Shown piece after piece: positions 38,620 through 52,323 of a stretch of DNA of 64,000 nt (the first letter of the stretch is position 1; each line of letters opens with the position of its first letter). The translations under genes and the position numbers were made by a program. The notes under the pieces were generated by a model, which had not been told where the DNA came from, searched no databases, and was given only the letters and a program-made list of their open reading frames with translations. Origin of the DNA: Vicugna vicugna (taxonomy: Eukaryota); contig MU058034.1 of NCBI GenBank assembly GCA_013265495.1, positions 62,001-126,000 of the forward strand, read 5' to 3'.

Positions 38620-40110
38620 AGCAACATCAGTCATCCAGGTGAAAGTGTGAAGAGAAGTATCGAGAGTTTGACTTACTTTGAAGGTAAAGTTGATAGAATT
38701 TCCTGATGGATGGATTTGGATTTGATGTGCAAGAGAAAAAGAGGACTCAGGATTCAAGGGTGACTCTTTTTGTTGGTTTATTTTGGTCTGAATGACTGAA
38801 AAGGAAAAAATACGCTCCCTACCAAGGTGTGGATAGTGTGGGAGGAGCAAGTTTGGGGGAAAGATTAAGGAACTCTTTTCTTCAACATATGTATTAGTCA
38901 GGGATCTCCAGAGAAACAGAATCAGTAGGAGATGATACATAGATTTTAAGAAATTGGGTCATGGGATTGTGTGGTTGGCAAATCTAAAATCTGCAGGGCA
39001 GGCCAGCAGGCTGGAAATTCTGGCAAGAGTTGATGTTGCCGTGTTTAGTCTGAAGGCAGTCTGGAGGCAGAATTCCTTCCTCTTTTGGAGGCCCTCAGTC
39101 GTTTCTTTTAAGGCTTCAATTGATTGGATGAGGCACATGCACAATATGAAGGGTAACCTGCTTTACTTAAAGTTAATCGATTTACACGTTAATCACTCCT
39201 AAAAAATATCTTAACAGCAACATCTAGACTGGCGTTTGACCAAACAACTCGGTACCATAACCTTGCCAACTTGATACATACCATTAACCATCACAACACA
39301 TTAAGTTTTAGATGCCTATTAAACATCCAAGTAGAAATGTCAAATAGTGAATATATCTGTCTAGTTACCAAGAGAGACATCCAAGCAAGAGACATGAATT
39401 CCCCATCCATTACAACGTAGAAGTCAGTAAAGCCTTGCCACTGGGTAAGAAAGTCTTGGCCCAGAGTCTGAGCGGAGAAAGTGGTTCAAGTGGTGCAGCT
39501 GACATGTCTCGGAAAAGAATTGAAGATTAGACTATTGGTTACAGTGTTGTAGAGGTTATCCTTGTCCTTGGCAAGAGCAGTTTCCATGGGAAAGTAAAGA
39601 CATAAGCTTGACTGACATGAAACCAAGGAAAAATGAGAGGAGACAAATTAGAAACAGCTCTTTTAAGCAATGTTGTTGTAAGGAAGGACATCAAGAAGAG
39701 ACAGTAGCTATAGGTGAAGGGAGATGTGGGCTCAACGAATTACTTTTTGATAAAATACATTTTAGCATGCCGTATATTGATGAGAACAATGTAGGAAAGA
39801 GGAAAAGACTGATGCAAGAAAGAAAAATGCAGTTGATAGAGGTTTGTCCTTGATGAGATGAAAGGGTTAGAATTTAGCTCTCAAAAGAAGGTATGCTCAG
39901 AGAGTGGAGCAAGACGGTTGATCCACAGCCACAGAGAGGGCAGAGAAAATAGGAACAGACAGGTGCATAGATAGGGTGCTGGGAGAATGAGATGGCACTT
40001 CTGATGTCTTCTGTTTTCTCCGTGAAGAAATGTCATCCAGTAAAAGTGAAAAAGAGGAAGGAGGTATTGCATTATCTGAGGAAAGATGGAAAAATATGAA
40101 TTGTCTGAGA
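38620..40110 (-). mobile_element. L2 fragment interrupted by an MLT2 LTR
   Basis: L2 motif ttaagttttagatgcctattaaacatccaagtagaaatgtcaaatag resumes directly after the LTR. Confidence 0.75.
38890..39295 (-). mobile_element. ERVL solo LTR (MLT2C/D-like)
   Basis: TGTATTAGTCAGGGATCTCCAGAGAAACAGAA...ATTAACCATCACA. 5-bp TSD ACATA (38885-38889) / ACACA (39296-39300). Confidence 0.92.
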
Positions 40111-41927
40111 GTGGTACATTTGTACAATCTAGAAACAGCTGTTCCTTCAGAATGATGCTTTTCTGTCATCTACTAGAAAATTGCTAAGATAAATACACAT
40201 ATCTACAGTGACTGTGAATGTAAATGATGCCGTCTATAGGTGGGCAGTGCCCCACAGATGCATGTTGATGCCAGTCTTAGGAAAATGAGGTAAGAGGTCC
40301 TAGTATTCATTTGTTGAGTGAAGCAATATATAAAACAGATAAAACTACCTTAAAAGGAAACTAAAGGGATCTATTTCATTTATGATAGATGACACAGGTT
40401 ATATGTATAATTCGCTCGTAGAGGTATGCCAAAATTAGGAGTAGAATTAAGTGATAAACCCCGCCACCAGCTTAATGGTTTAATATTTTGCTCAACTTAT
40501 CACAGTATCCAAATTCTTAAAGTAAGTTTTCAAACGTTTATTTTAAAATAGGCCATCTTTTCCCATTCTTTATGACTTAAATGAGTCCATTTTCCCCCAA
40601 AATGGATGTGCAGCTTGAATTCTATAGAAAAGAATGAACTAAAATACATTTTAAAAATATCTAAAGCCATTAAAATGTCCCCTGGTGATATTTAAAATGA
40701 GAAATAGGACACTACTTATTTAAGCAGTGTATTAATAACGTGGAAATGGGTTGAGTCTTCTCTTGGAGTTCTGGAACTTTCCTTTTACAATTGTATATAT
40801 CCATAGATGACATATACTGTTGTGAACTGAGAGATAAAGAATGTCTTTGAAAGTACTTTTGACTCAGGTTAACATACTTTATGTAAAATACCAAATGCAA
40901 ATCATCAGAGGAAAAGGTGCGGCTTTGGTGTTTTTCTGAATGATTTTGGCCCAATACTTAGTAAACCTAAATCATGTCCTAATCATGAATCCTCCCCCGT
41001 GGATTCCTGTATGTGGAGAATCTGTCCATTTAGGTATTAGAGTATCACTTTAACCATCGCCAGGTAAGTGGCTTTTGCTCCAAAGCAGATACCTGGACTA
41101 AGAAGGAGCTGGCCAACTGACCTAGACTCAAAGCTTGAGGAGAACTTTCTGTTTTCCCTTTAATATGTATGTACACAATCATGCTTGCAGGGAAGAGAAA
41201 TATGACTAAGCCAAAAGGAACCTATTTATATAGGTGCCGCTGAGTAGAGTTGAAATGGAAATGCAAGGGCAGGGAGGGAATGAATCATGGACGATTGATT
41301 ATTAAGGCACTATTTTATCCCAATAAGTGCCTTATGCTCTCGCCAATGATAGATGCACCTCGTCTTTCATAGGGAGGTCTGGAATATGCTGTGTAGAGCC
41401 AAGACCAGTTTGAGAAGTATGCCTGAAGCCAGATGTAGTATTTGGAAGATGCTGGACCTCTTTGCATTTTGACCTCAATTGGTTTTATTTGGGGAATGGC
41501 GATTACTTCGTAGGACATCGACTTAAATAACTCACTGATAGTGTCAATGAGTTAATGTAAATCCAGAAGGCTTAAACATCTTGTTCAGAGTTTCAGAGAC
41601 ATTTAATAGAACCAGCATCAGAATTTAACTCTTCTGAATTTTTCTCATCCATATAGTTCATATATAAAATCTCCAGCTGCTTTCATAGGGATTCAGTAAT
41701 GTCTGGTGGGAATATAACAGTAAGAGTCTACTTCACATGGAAGACTGAGATGTGTCCTGGGGGATAACTATACCAAAAGTGAGTTCCTTTATAGTTTTAT
41801 CCAATAACTAATACTGAACTTGATAGAATCTTTTATAAAATGGGGTGTGGGGTGAGGTCAGGAAGTGAATTATCCAGGCAGCTGAGTATCTGTGATTTCC
41901 ATTTATTGCTCTGACACAGCTCACATG

Positions 41928-42050
41928 TACTAGAGATCAGAGAATTAGAAACTGTGTAAAAAAGTGAAAAAAACTATTGTCACTACACATAGTTTACTAG
42001 AGATCAAAGAACTAGAAACTGTGAAAAAACTGTTTTCACTACAGATAGTT
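41928..42050 (+). repeat. Two-copy tandem duplication (67 and 56 bp)
   Basis: TACTAGAGATCA.AGAA.TAGAAACTGTG...CACTACA.ATAGTT starts at 41928 and again at 41995. Confidence 0.9.
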
Positions 42051-42974
42051 TAAAGCATAGACTTCAAAAGCTATATGGTTGGGTCTCTGTCAAACAATTT
42101 AATCAGAGTGAAAACAGTAGGTTTTTCTCCTTTGGTAGGAGACATCATGTTTCTTGGACATGTTGAAGGACCCCCCAAATATAGTGCAGTTATAACTTTG
42201 ATTTATCAAGAATAGGGGGATTAGAAGCTCTTGAAAGCAAAGTCTGGTGGAGACCTCCTCTGAAATAGAAACACTCATCTGTGATTGAAAAGACAGATGG
42301 TTCTAGCGCCTTTCCAGGTATTAGTGGTCAAGAGGCATCAGCAGGAAGCTCTCTGGCAGCTGGCACCTTGTGGGAAGATGCCGGTAGGAGGATCAGGGCA
42401 AAATACGGGGGGAATATCAGATACCTAAGAAAATATCAGATGACTAAGAAATGACTCAGAGAACACTAGGATATCACAACATTATTTGGAAACAGAAGCC
42501 AAAAATAAGTAATTTTACTGTTAGTATGACCCAGTTTGTAACCTTTATCTCTGTGCTAATCTGAAATTAGAACTGGTAGCAAACACACGGGTCTGTAGCT
42601 ACCCCAACTCCAGGGGTCAACATTCACATTTTTATTCTATAACACAGTGGCCATATTTAAATTTATTACTTCCTTTTTTTCCCCCAATCTGTCTCCCTCT
42701 CTCTCTCAATTGCATTTAATTCACCAATTATTTATTAAATCCTTACCATATTCTTATCGTTAAGAGCTTTATACCTGTATATATTTGTAGAATGTCAAAC
42801 CTGAAAATAATCTTCAGCAGCATCAGCTTATTTACATTAATCTGAATCAATTAGAATTAGGCAAATAGTGAATGATATAGGAGGGGATTTCTTGAGGGGC
42901 TAAATTAAATATGCATTTACAGTTTTTTATGCCTATTGAAATACAAGAATGTGAAATTCAAGAACTGCTTTCTA

Positions 42975-43292
42975 ATAATACTGACTTGTGGTTACCAAGG
43001 GGGTAGAGGGTGGGAAGGGATAGACTGGGATTTCAAAATTGTAGAATAGGTAAACAAGATTACACTGTATAGCACAGGGAAATATACACAAAATGTTATG
43101 ATAAATCACAGAGAAAAAAATGTGACAATGAGTGTGTATATGTCCATGAATGACTGAAAAATTGTGCTGAACACTGGAATTTGATACAACAAGTGTATAT
43201 GTCATGAATTACTGAAAAATTGTGCTGAACACTGGAATTTGAAACAACATTTTAAAATGATTATAAATCAATAAAAAATGTTAAAAAAAAAA
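42975..43292 (+). mobile_element. Young truncated L1 3' end with internal ~59-bp duplication
   Basis: Perfect 15-bp TSD AAGAACTGCTTTCTA at 42960-42974 and 43293-43307, with AATAAA and poly(A). Confidence 0.95.
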
Positions 43293-44089
43293 AAGAACTG
43301 CTTTCTATTTCAAAATTCCTTTCCATCTGTAAACAAGTTGAAAGCCCTGTCCTTCCAAAACCCTATGTAGATTAGATGATATAAATAGGGCCTTCATCTC
43401 ACTAGGTTTCATTCCTGGAGCAGATGAGACGTGACTGCTCTGTGGTGACTCTGTGGGAAATTCCTTAACACACTCAAATGAATTTGAGGGAGAAAACTGT
43501 TGATGCAAAGCTGTTTAATGGGTTATGTTACTTTGAAATAAGATCAGTCCTATAAGGGATCATTCAGTTTGATAAGCAGAATGGAAACTTCCTTAATATT
43601 ACAAATTATTATATTAATAGGAAAGGCAACATAGAGTTCCCAAGTTTGAGATTTCTTTTTTTCAAATGAATATATTTTAGTATTAGTTATTTATCTCAAC
43701 CAGGGGTGTTTGAGAAACCTATTTCATTTCAGGGGATTTTCTGAGCTTGACAGTTTAGGTAAGAAGTCTTTGTGACTATGCCAGTAGCTTTTCTTTCTGA
43801 TAAGAATGTGTAGTATTCTGCTAAGCAAAAGACAAAATTAGTTACTCCAGAGAAGCCAAAATTGTTGGAAGATTGAAACTGCAAATGATAAAAGTTACAC
43901 TACCCATAGGTCTAATTTCCCATGACTTTGTTTCTGTCCTTACAAATTAGAGTGATTTGCTATATTTTTGGTAAATAATCACACTTTATATTCATAACTT
44001 TTTTTTTAATCCTACATATACTTGGGTTGATAATAAGGAGAATGAATTATTTACAATGATATCAATTCTGATAGTGGGTTAGTTCAATT

Positions 44090-44520
44090 AAGCTGGATAG
44101 AGAAAGACATATCTTTACGGTATCACTTGAATGTGGTATCTTAGGAAAAAAAAAAGAAATGTCATAGAAACAGAGGATAGGATTGTGGTTGCCAGAGGCT
44201 GGAGGAAGGGGGAAAATGAGTGAAGTAGATCAGAGTATAAATTTTCAGTTATAAGAAAAATAAGTTCTAAAGATCTAATATACAGCATAGTTAATAGTAA
44301 AGTACTGTATATTTTAAGAAAAACAAACAAATAAAAAAACAGAAAAGTATTGTATATTTGGAAGTTGCTGAGAGTAAATCTTAAGCATTTTTACACACAA
44401 GGAATTAACTATGTGAGCTGACAGCTGTGTTAATTATACTATTCTTGGTAATCATTCCAAAGTCATCATAATGTACAGTATGTCATTTTTTCCTTGAAAA
44501 GTTTTTTTTAAAAAAAGAAA
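44090..44520 (+). mobile_element. L1MA9/10-like 3' end
   Basis: gtggttgccagaggctgg...ttcagttataagaaaaataagttctaaagatctaatatacagcatag...taactatgtgag. Confidence 0.85.
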
Positions 44521-45749
44521 AATAGAACTATTGACATATCTCCTAGGAGTCTGTTTCATCAAATTGTTCCTTTTTAGTCACTTTGTTACTTCTCATTTGC
44601 CTCAATATTATTTTTTTCTAATAGGATGTATTTTTAAAATACAAATAAGTAAAAAATAAATATATTAAAACTTAAAATAGTTCAAAAGAATATAGATATA
44701 TATATATATATGAAAGTGTATTTTAGTGATAAATGTGTTGGTGGTAGCTGATTTATGTAGTAATTAAACCTGGATCTTTGTTTCACTGGCATCAGTCGCT
44801 AAGAGAAGGCCATATTATTTATTGCTGAGGTCAATTTCAGTGATTTGAGGTTCTGACTAATAGGTTATAATCGGTTGTCTGTGGAAGGTGATTGTGTTGA
44901 GTCTGAACCAAGGGGCTGTTTATAAAGGGCACCCTACCTTGCCTAACAGGCTCGAAAGGTTAAAGATATGCGTATCACCTGACTGGGAGAGAGAAGTGGG
45001 TTAGTTGAAATGAATGGAGGACGAAGATGGTGCCCTTCAAAATGCACAGAAAGCTTCGCAGGGAAGCAATCCCGTGACTAAGTTCTAAGGAGAGCAAAGG
45101 GCACAGACAGAAGGGCTCTAGAGGAAACTGCAGGTTGACAGAGGGTGCTGGCCCCTAAGTGGTTTATTTTATTACTGAATAGGCTGCTTTCACAAGACGA
45201 GTAATGAGTTTGCTAAATTTAAACGAGATGGCAAGTGACATAAGGAAAAAGTTTTTAGTTTAAATATATGTTGGACAATTACAGGAACTGTTTTGAGTAT
45301 TAAAATGACTTTGAAATTGCGTTCAAATTCTTAAGATAATAAATACCCGACATGGTGACTGTTATTAAAGAACATCTTCCTTTCCCCGCCGAAACCTCTG
45401 CGGAAACTACATCATTTGCTCAAGATTATTTACTCTTGTCTCTTAAGATATTGTTACCTAAAACGAAAGTAAAATAAAGATTCCCTGTCTTGCATCAGTG
45501 CTAGTTTTATTCTTCCATAGGTGCTGGACAGACAGGGGTCATGGTGAAGGAAAGAGGAAATTGTTTTATTACCAATGACTTGCTGCAGACCGGTCTTTCC
45601 CTGTGAGACTGGCTAGGCTAAGCCATAAATTTGGGAGGGATCTGAATCTTTTCATCCACACAATGAATTGTAGGAGAAAATGAGGTGATACAGATTGTCA
45701 AAAAAAGGGAGCAGTTTAAGACTGATTAAGAATCCATAAAGAGATTATG

Positions 45750-46260
45750 AATGCCCATAGTTGTGGAGTGTATAGTATAAAAGAAACTATTGTATACTCT
45801 TGGTGAAAGTATAATGTTCACCTTTATTTTTTTTTTTTTGAGGAGAGTGGATGATCTAATACTGCAGTTTCAAACATAATTTTCACGTGCAAACTTTTAA
45901 CTGACAATACTACTTCTAGGAACTTTCAAAATGATATTTCCTACATTACATAACTATGCAGCAAAACTAAAGTTCTGCAAATAAAAAAAATAGGTAAAAA
46001 ATTTAGTAGCTCCTTAGAATTTTATGTCACTTTTGAAAAATGAAGTGCATGTGTATAACAAGATGAAAAGTAGCTCAATCCGTTTTTTTAAAGATACATA
46101 GTTGATTGTTTGATAGGTGGTTAGGTGGGAGAAATAAAGGGAAAGTAGAAGGGACTGATGGAGGTATAGAAGGAAGAAAGGAAAAGTGCATTAAAAAAAA
46201 CTGAAATGATACATGTTTAACCATGGGTTTTTTTGTGAGTAAAATTTTAGTGAATAAGGG
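45750..46260 (+). mobile_element. Ancient L1ME-like 3' fragment
   Basis: Degenerate tatactcttggtgaaagtataa and acaatactacttctaggaact. Confidence 0.45.
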
Positions 46261-47019
46261 AGAAATTTCAGGGCTTTTTTTTTTTTTGGCTTTTATATTT
46301 TTTTCCCTCCAAACTCCTCAAATTACTTGTGAAATCTGTTAAAAATATTTTATATATGAATATGTTTTTCTTATTTGGGGACTACTATTGTATTTCAATG
46401 GAATTTTGTTTATTAATATACCCCTCACCTTATTTGGAAAAAAAAAACAAGGTTTATAAGGATGTGCAAATTTCAACAAGCTAGCATAAATATAGTGTTT
46501 GGGAAAAATAAATGAAAAGGTAGGACCTGATCATACAGTAGTAAAGAGGCCTAAAAACACATAGCATAATATTAAAAAAAAAATTATTCTATGTTGTCTG
46601 GCTTATAAGAAGAGCTTGAAAGAGGATTTATTTATTTTATATGCATATTAATAAAAGCCAAATGCATTTCTCAGACACAATAGCTGTAGTGTCTCTAGGA
46701 CTTTAAAAAATTTATACATATTTTACAATTAGAGTAAGTATTAGGTAAGAGATCAGTTTATATGCCCACTTCTCCAGCGTCAGATCTTGTCCGGAACCTA
46801 CACTTGGTCCACTTTGTTGTCTTACGTATGGAAATGTAACCTTCCCCTGAGAAGAGACAGCAGTTAATTTGAGAGCATTAACAGTATAAAGAAGGTAATG
46901 GAACAGATTTTTATTAACAGACATATAGAATATTGAATGACTCACGATTATCATGCTCTGTTGAGAAAGCCATGCCTGTGTTCAGTTTTGTTTCCATTGT
47001 TAAAATATGTATATAAACA

Positions 47020-47430
47020 ACCTGGACCAGGTTCAGACAAGTATGTGTAACTGGAAGGGTAAAGGCATTATATCGGACAGAGACTTGAAGGAAATGTTTT
47101 GTTGGAGAGGTCTGAAAAAAAAAAAAAGGGAGGAGGAACATGAGAACTGTGTGACATCTATTTTCAGATACTTAGGAGGAAATTGCCAAGAGGAAAATGA
47201 ATGAGTAAACTAGGACCTGCATTTTGAGGTTAGAGGGCAACAGATTTGGATTTGATCTAAGAAAAGGTTTTCTAAAGAGCAGATCTGTTCACAGGTGAAA
47301 TTAATTGCCTCACAAGGTGGTTTGCTATTTAGCTTTAAGTGAATGGCTGCAAGATCAGTGCTGACATATGGGAAAAGTTCCCGGACTAGATAATTCTAAG
47401 ATCTCTATAATGTTACCAAATCTGTGGTCC
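47020..47430 (+). mobile_element. CR1/L3-like 3' end
   Basis: tctattttcagatacttaggagg...cagatttggatttgatctaagaaaaggttttctaa...ggactagataattctaagatctct. Confidence 0.55.
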
Positions 47431-50400
47431 AGTTTTTCTTTTTCCTTCTTTTGTAATGGAATGATATGAAACTAATGTGAAACATGATGAAACACACACA
47501 CATAAAACACAAACATAATATTTGATCTATTAACGTAGTGCAAGGAAAATGAGATTATTTAACATTAAAAAAATAGATAACACTAACATTGTGATTCCTC
47601 TTCACCTAGGTAGATTGTGGAATTCAGCTATTTACCAGAAATAGGGTAGAGCAAGTAAAAAAAAAATAAACAAAATTAAATGTATTCTAGGAAAAACAAA
47701 GTAGAAGATAGCACTCCTTTTGCAACGCATATGAAGAGTCAGCTAAATTGATAATCCCAGGTTTTTGCTTTCAATTGAATTTTCTAACTGAAAAGCCTCA
47801 GGCAGTCCTTTTTCAAGAATGGTGTTCTTTTCATATACGGCGTTAATAAAGACAGCACACTGCCAAGATCCATGATATGGTAAATGAGCAAATTGCTCTG
47901 TGTTTTGCTGCTCACTCGACTCCTGCATTCGTAGTATCTGACAAGTAGAACTTAAATGGGAACACGTTTTTTCTTATTCTTTTTTTTTCCTCAGAGAGGG
48001 CAGTTACTCTTAAAACTTAAATGAAACATATTGGAGTAAGGTTGCATAAATTTCCCTCCTCATTTATTAAGATCCAATCTGCATGCAAACTCTGCCAGGC
48101 ACATTATATTAGGTTGGTTAAACACATATAATACTAGCTTTTTAAAAGAAAAAAAAATCAGATGACATCAAAGTAGAGACTTAAAACTATTATTCATGCC
48201 AATGCACTGTTATGCCTCATAAACTAATACCTTGCAAAAAAAAAAAAAGGAATCCAGGGATGCGGTAATAAATATTAGATGACTGTCCTGACCAGAGATC
48301 TAAGGGATCAAGCTAGGCATGATAGACTTTCAGGAGCTTAGAGGACAAATCCACGCATCTCACTAGGTCAATGAGAAACAGACAGATACTAGCACCTAGG
48401 TGTGGGCTCAGGCAACAAGGAATAAAGGACCAAGTGAAGGGACCCAGGGTCAGTGACTCTGGTGGAGTCAGTGATCCTGTCACCAAATCCTGGAATCAGA
48501 ATGCCAACAAGACTTCTCCATATAGGTCAGGATCTAGATTACATAACAAAATACAGACGACTCCAAGAATGAAGTTAATCCTGAAGTTACATAAAGATGA
48601 ACCTACCAAGCCCTTTCTGAACTGGAGGCCAGTATCCTCTGAGTGGGAATCACGAAAAGCAATTGACTCTTCATAACTTTAGGACTGGGAATCTAAATAT
48701 GATAGAGAAAAATCACAGCACATTCCTTGCTCCTCCACAGACCTCGACCTTTCTGCTTTGCTCATCATACTCTCCTCTGGCCTGCCACGCTTTGGAGGTC
48801 TAACTAGCTTGCTTTCTTGCGTCTGTGGCCCCAATTGTCCAAGTGCACATGCTCTGGGGATCAGCCCTCCATCCTAGACACAACAGTATCTCTTCATTTC
48901 TTGGAGATCTGTATACGAAAATAGGACAGACAGCCACTTGCATCTGCCTGAATATTCATGTGAGCCACATTTTGAGCACTAGTATTCTGAATCTCTATTA
49001 GTGCAGGAGGTCTGTAGAGCTGGATTTGGAATTTGATTAGAATAATGGCAGAATTAGTGCTAACAAGGCAAACAAGCTGTTTTCAAAGCTGAACAGGAAA
49101 CCCATATACTTTATTCTGAGAAAAATAATCAAAACTGTATAAATTACCTATACTCCAAGTGGAAAAAGCAGACAAAACACCGTTAACCAAAAAAGGGATT
49201 TCAGGCAATATAGTCAATATTTGTGCTCAGTTTTCTACCGTGGGATTCATTGTTATCTACCAGTTAGTTGCCTTTCTAGCAAACACCGAGTGTATGGAGA
49301 AGTACACTTAATTACATTTGCTGGAATGTTCAGCTCCACGACAGCCCTCATCAGTTCACTGCTCTTTTATTTAAGCTCTTATAGACTTTGCTAAAATCTG
49401 AACGAAAATAGAAGCAATTTCTTGTAGGAAATAATGCTTGAAATTAAAGACTTGATTTCCAACAAGAAAGATACATGTAAATCATCTTACTATACAGAGT
49501 ACAGGCCTCCCACAACGAATGTCTATTCAGTTAAAATTGTTAATAATGTCAAGTTTAAAAAATCCTGCAACTAGTTATGGCCTAGACTGACAGCATACCC
49601 CATATTTCTGGATATTGTGACCAGTCCAGTTGTAGCTTGACATCTAAATCATACACAGCAGGATCTTTCCCCACCCCCACAGAGAAAAGATTTCTTGGTT
49701 TTATCTCAGACACTAAGGGTTGGAGGCCACCCCCCTGTGGTTGAGACCCGCCCCCTTATTATAAGGTTAACAGTCATGATTAGAGAATTCTTTCCGTCTA
49801 TGAATTTTTTATGATTAATCGATATATTCTTTATGTCCTTCCTACTGTATAAATTTTTAAAAATGTTTCAAAGGCTATGAAAGAAATATGTTCTTCATTT
49901 TCATGTTATAGCATTAGACATGTATTAGTACAATTGATATTATGGATTGCCATTTAGGTTTTATATACATTAACAGCCAACTGAAAAACCAAGAAAGAGA
50001 TTTTCATTGAATTCTGTAATTTTAATGATTTTCTATATTTAAGCAGGATTAATTTGGCTATTTGTGGATCTATGTTGAAATATATACATATATGCAAAAG
50101 CACATCTGTAAATAAAATAACTAAATTTTCAATTTCTATGTATCACAATTTCATTAGCAAGATATTGGTTTTTTTTTTTCCATGTAACACACATTTCTTT
50201 CTGGTTAAGATCGACATTTACTAAATGTTTTACATTCTCTTGATTTCACTTTGAAAATAGAACATCAGGCTAACATATGGCTGCCCTCCACACTAGATAT
50301 ACCCACAGGGCCTCAGGAAATTAATACACTGAGTATTTTGCTCCTGTTTCTTTTATTGACTCCATTTATTTCTTTATTTCCCTTAAACAAAGGACCAGTA

Positions 50401-51842
50401 TTTTGAAAGATGAAGTTATCTAAGTGAGCTTCTCACTTAACTTTAATAAAGATTGGTCCTTCATGTATCATTCATATATCATGACATGCTCATATCCAAA
50501 TTCAAATTTTTGCCTTACGAGATTTCATAAGTTTTTAATGACTAGAATTCCAGCCTGGTTCTAACAGTCATTTTACGTGTCTTTAGAGAAATAACATCTG
50601 TATACTGTGGCTCGTTTTCTTCTGTGATAATCTGGTCATAGTTTTCTGCTCCATTTGCCTCAGAAGTGGTGGAATAATAAATATTAAGGGACTTTGAAAA
50701 AATATTAATGGCCACATATACGGGTGTTGGTGGTAATATAATTATACACTAGACAGCAGTAGCAAGAGCAACAAAAACAACATTGACTGAGGCAAATTTT
50801 TAAAAAAGTTATGGTGTAAAAGTTTCTGGGTAATTTTACATTTAGTTCATGATTCATCTATAACTGGAAATTTGAATAATTACTTCAATCTTCATCACCA
50901 GAGCTTCTGAAATACAGGCTCATTTCAAGGCCAAGTAAATTGTGTCCATTTTCATTAAACACAGTTGAGTGAACACCTGCTACTTACCCCATGTTGAGGT
51001 GTGTCCTGGGAAATACCCGGGTGAATCAAATTGGTTCCTTGTCCTCGAGATGCTCAGGTGAAATGGAGTGACAGATGCAGTAATAGGACCATAGACAACA
51101 AGCATGGAACACCAAGGAAACACAGAGAAACTCTCCTCAGTAGGAGGGCTTGAGACAAGCTTCACAGTGGAGGAAATGTTTGAATTGGTACTTTGTGTGT
51201 TTGTACTTCTGTCAGAGAAGGTACAAATATTTGGGGACAATTTTTACTTTGAAGCTCTGGCCGGTTTTGAAGCAGAGGTCTTTGGTTAGTTTCTACAGCA
51301 CTATTCATGGAGACAGGACAGCTATTCCTGGCGCTGAGTCTAGATTCTCGAAGATTGGAGTCTGCCACTGCCTTTCGGGCTGTGGCATTGTCTGCACAGT
51401 CATTATGACCATGCACAATCTGTAAGCTGTACAAAAAGTCTTGAAGAGTTTTCTTGGGATTAGAGATTATGCATATTTAAAACAATTGAACTATTCTCTT
51501 AATGTTTAATGCTAAATGAATTATTTTTGTTTTCTGGAGGAATATTTTATTCACCAAGAAAAGACATTTAACTATTACACACACACATACACACACACAC
51601 TTTGGTAAGAGTAAATGTATTTTCTGTATTTCCAGGAAATTTCAGTTATTTTTTCTTCTCAGGGTTATCAATAATATGAGTAGCAATGTAACACATCTTG
51701 CCAATTAATATTTTCCCTGTGCTTAACTTCTGTCTGAACTATTATACTATCTGGAAATGCCTCTTATAATTACACATTAAAATTATTTTTCAAATGCCTG
51801 ACTAAATGTACTATCAACTTCAAAAGTGCAAAGTATTTCTTT

Positions 51843-51896
51843 TCGTAAAAAGAAATAGGGTGCATAAAGTATCGTAAAAAAATAGGGTGCATAAAG
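51843..51896 (+). repeat. Two-copy tandem duplication (~29 bp)
   Basis: TCGTAAAAA(GA)AATAGGGTGCATAAAG at 51843 and 51872. Confidence 0.9.
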
Positions 51897-52038
51897 ATAA
51901 TTTTAGCAGATAAAAGCTTTTTGAAAATAATTTGAAATGAGGAAACATGCTCTACAAGTGTAATCTGAAAAATCTGGGGCACTGTCTTATCCAGAGCAAA
52001 GAACATCGATTGGATTTCAAACTTCAGTCTCTTTCAAT

Positions 52039-52323
52039 GGCAGTGTGGGAGAGTGTTGAAGAACTCAGACTCTGACGGTAGATGGACCTAGATTTGCATT
52101 CCTGCCGTGTCTGTGATTAACTGTGTGCTGGCATGTTGCTTAACCTTTCAGATCTTCACCAGGTTTCTCAAGATTGTCAGACGAAAAATAATACCTTTTA
52201 AAAGGGTTGTTGAGACAATCCAACAAGATTGTGTTTGTGTTTGTGTGTGCACATGCGTGCTTAGCAAAGTGGCTGGTGAATAAGAAGCCCTTGATTAGGG
52301 TTAACTGTTACTACTGTGTTATT
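52039..52323 (+). mobile_element. Near full-length MIR
   Basis: tRNA-like head, core ttgcttaacctttcagatcttc, tail gtgcttagcaaagtggctgg. Confidence 0.7.

Noticed and set aside
40275..40296. 9-nt microexon-like TTAG|GAAAATGAG|GTAAGA
   Set aside because: Lacks the long upstream pyrimidine tract, and no host coding gene is evident.
49724..49745. CTCF-like GCCACCCCCCTGTGG
   Set aside because: Mismatches in the core, and it resembles a hAT (MER20-like) terminus.
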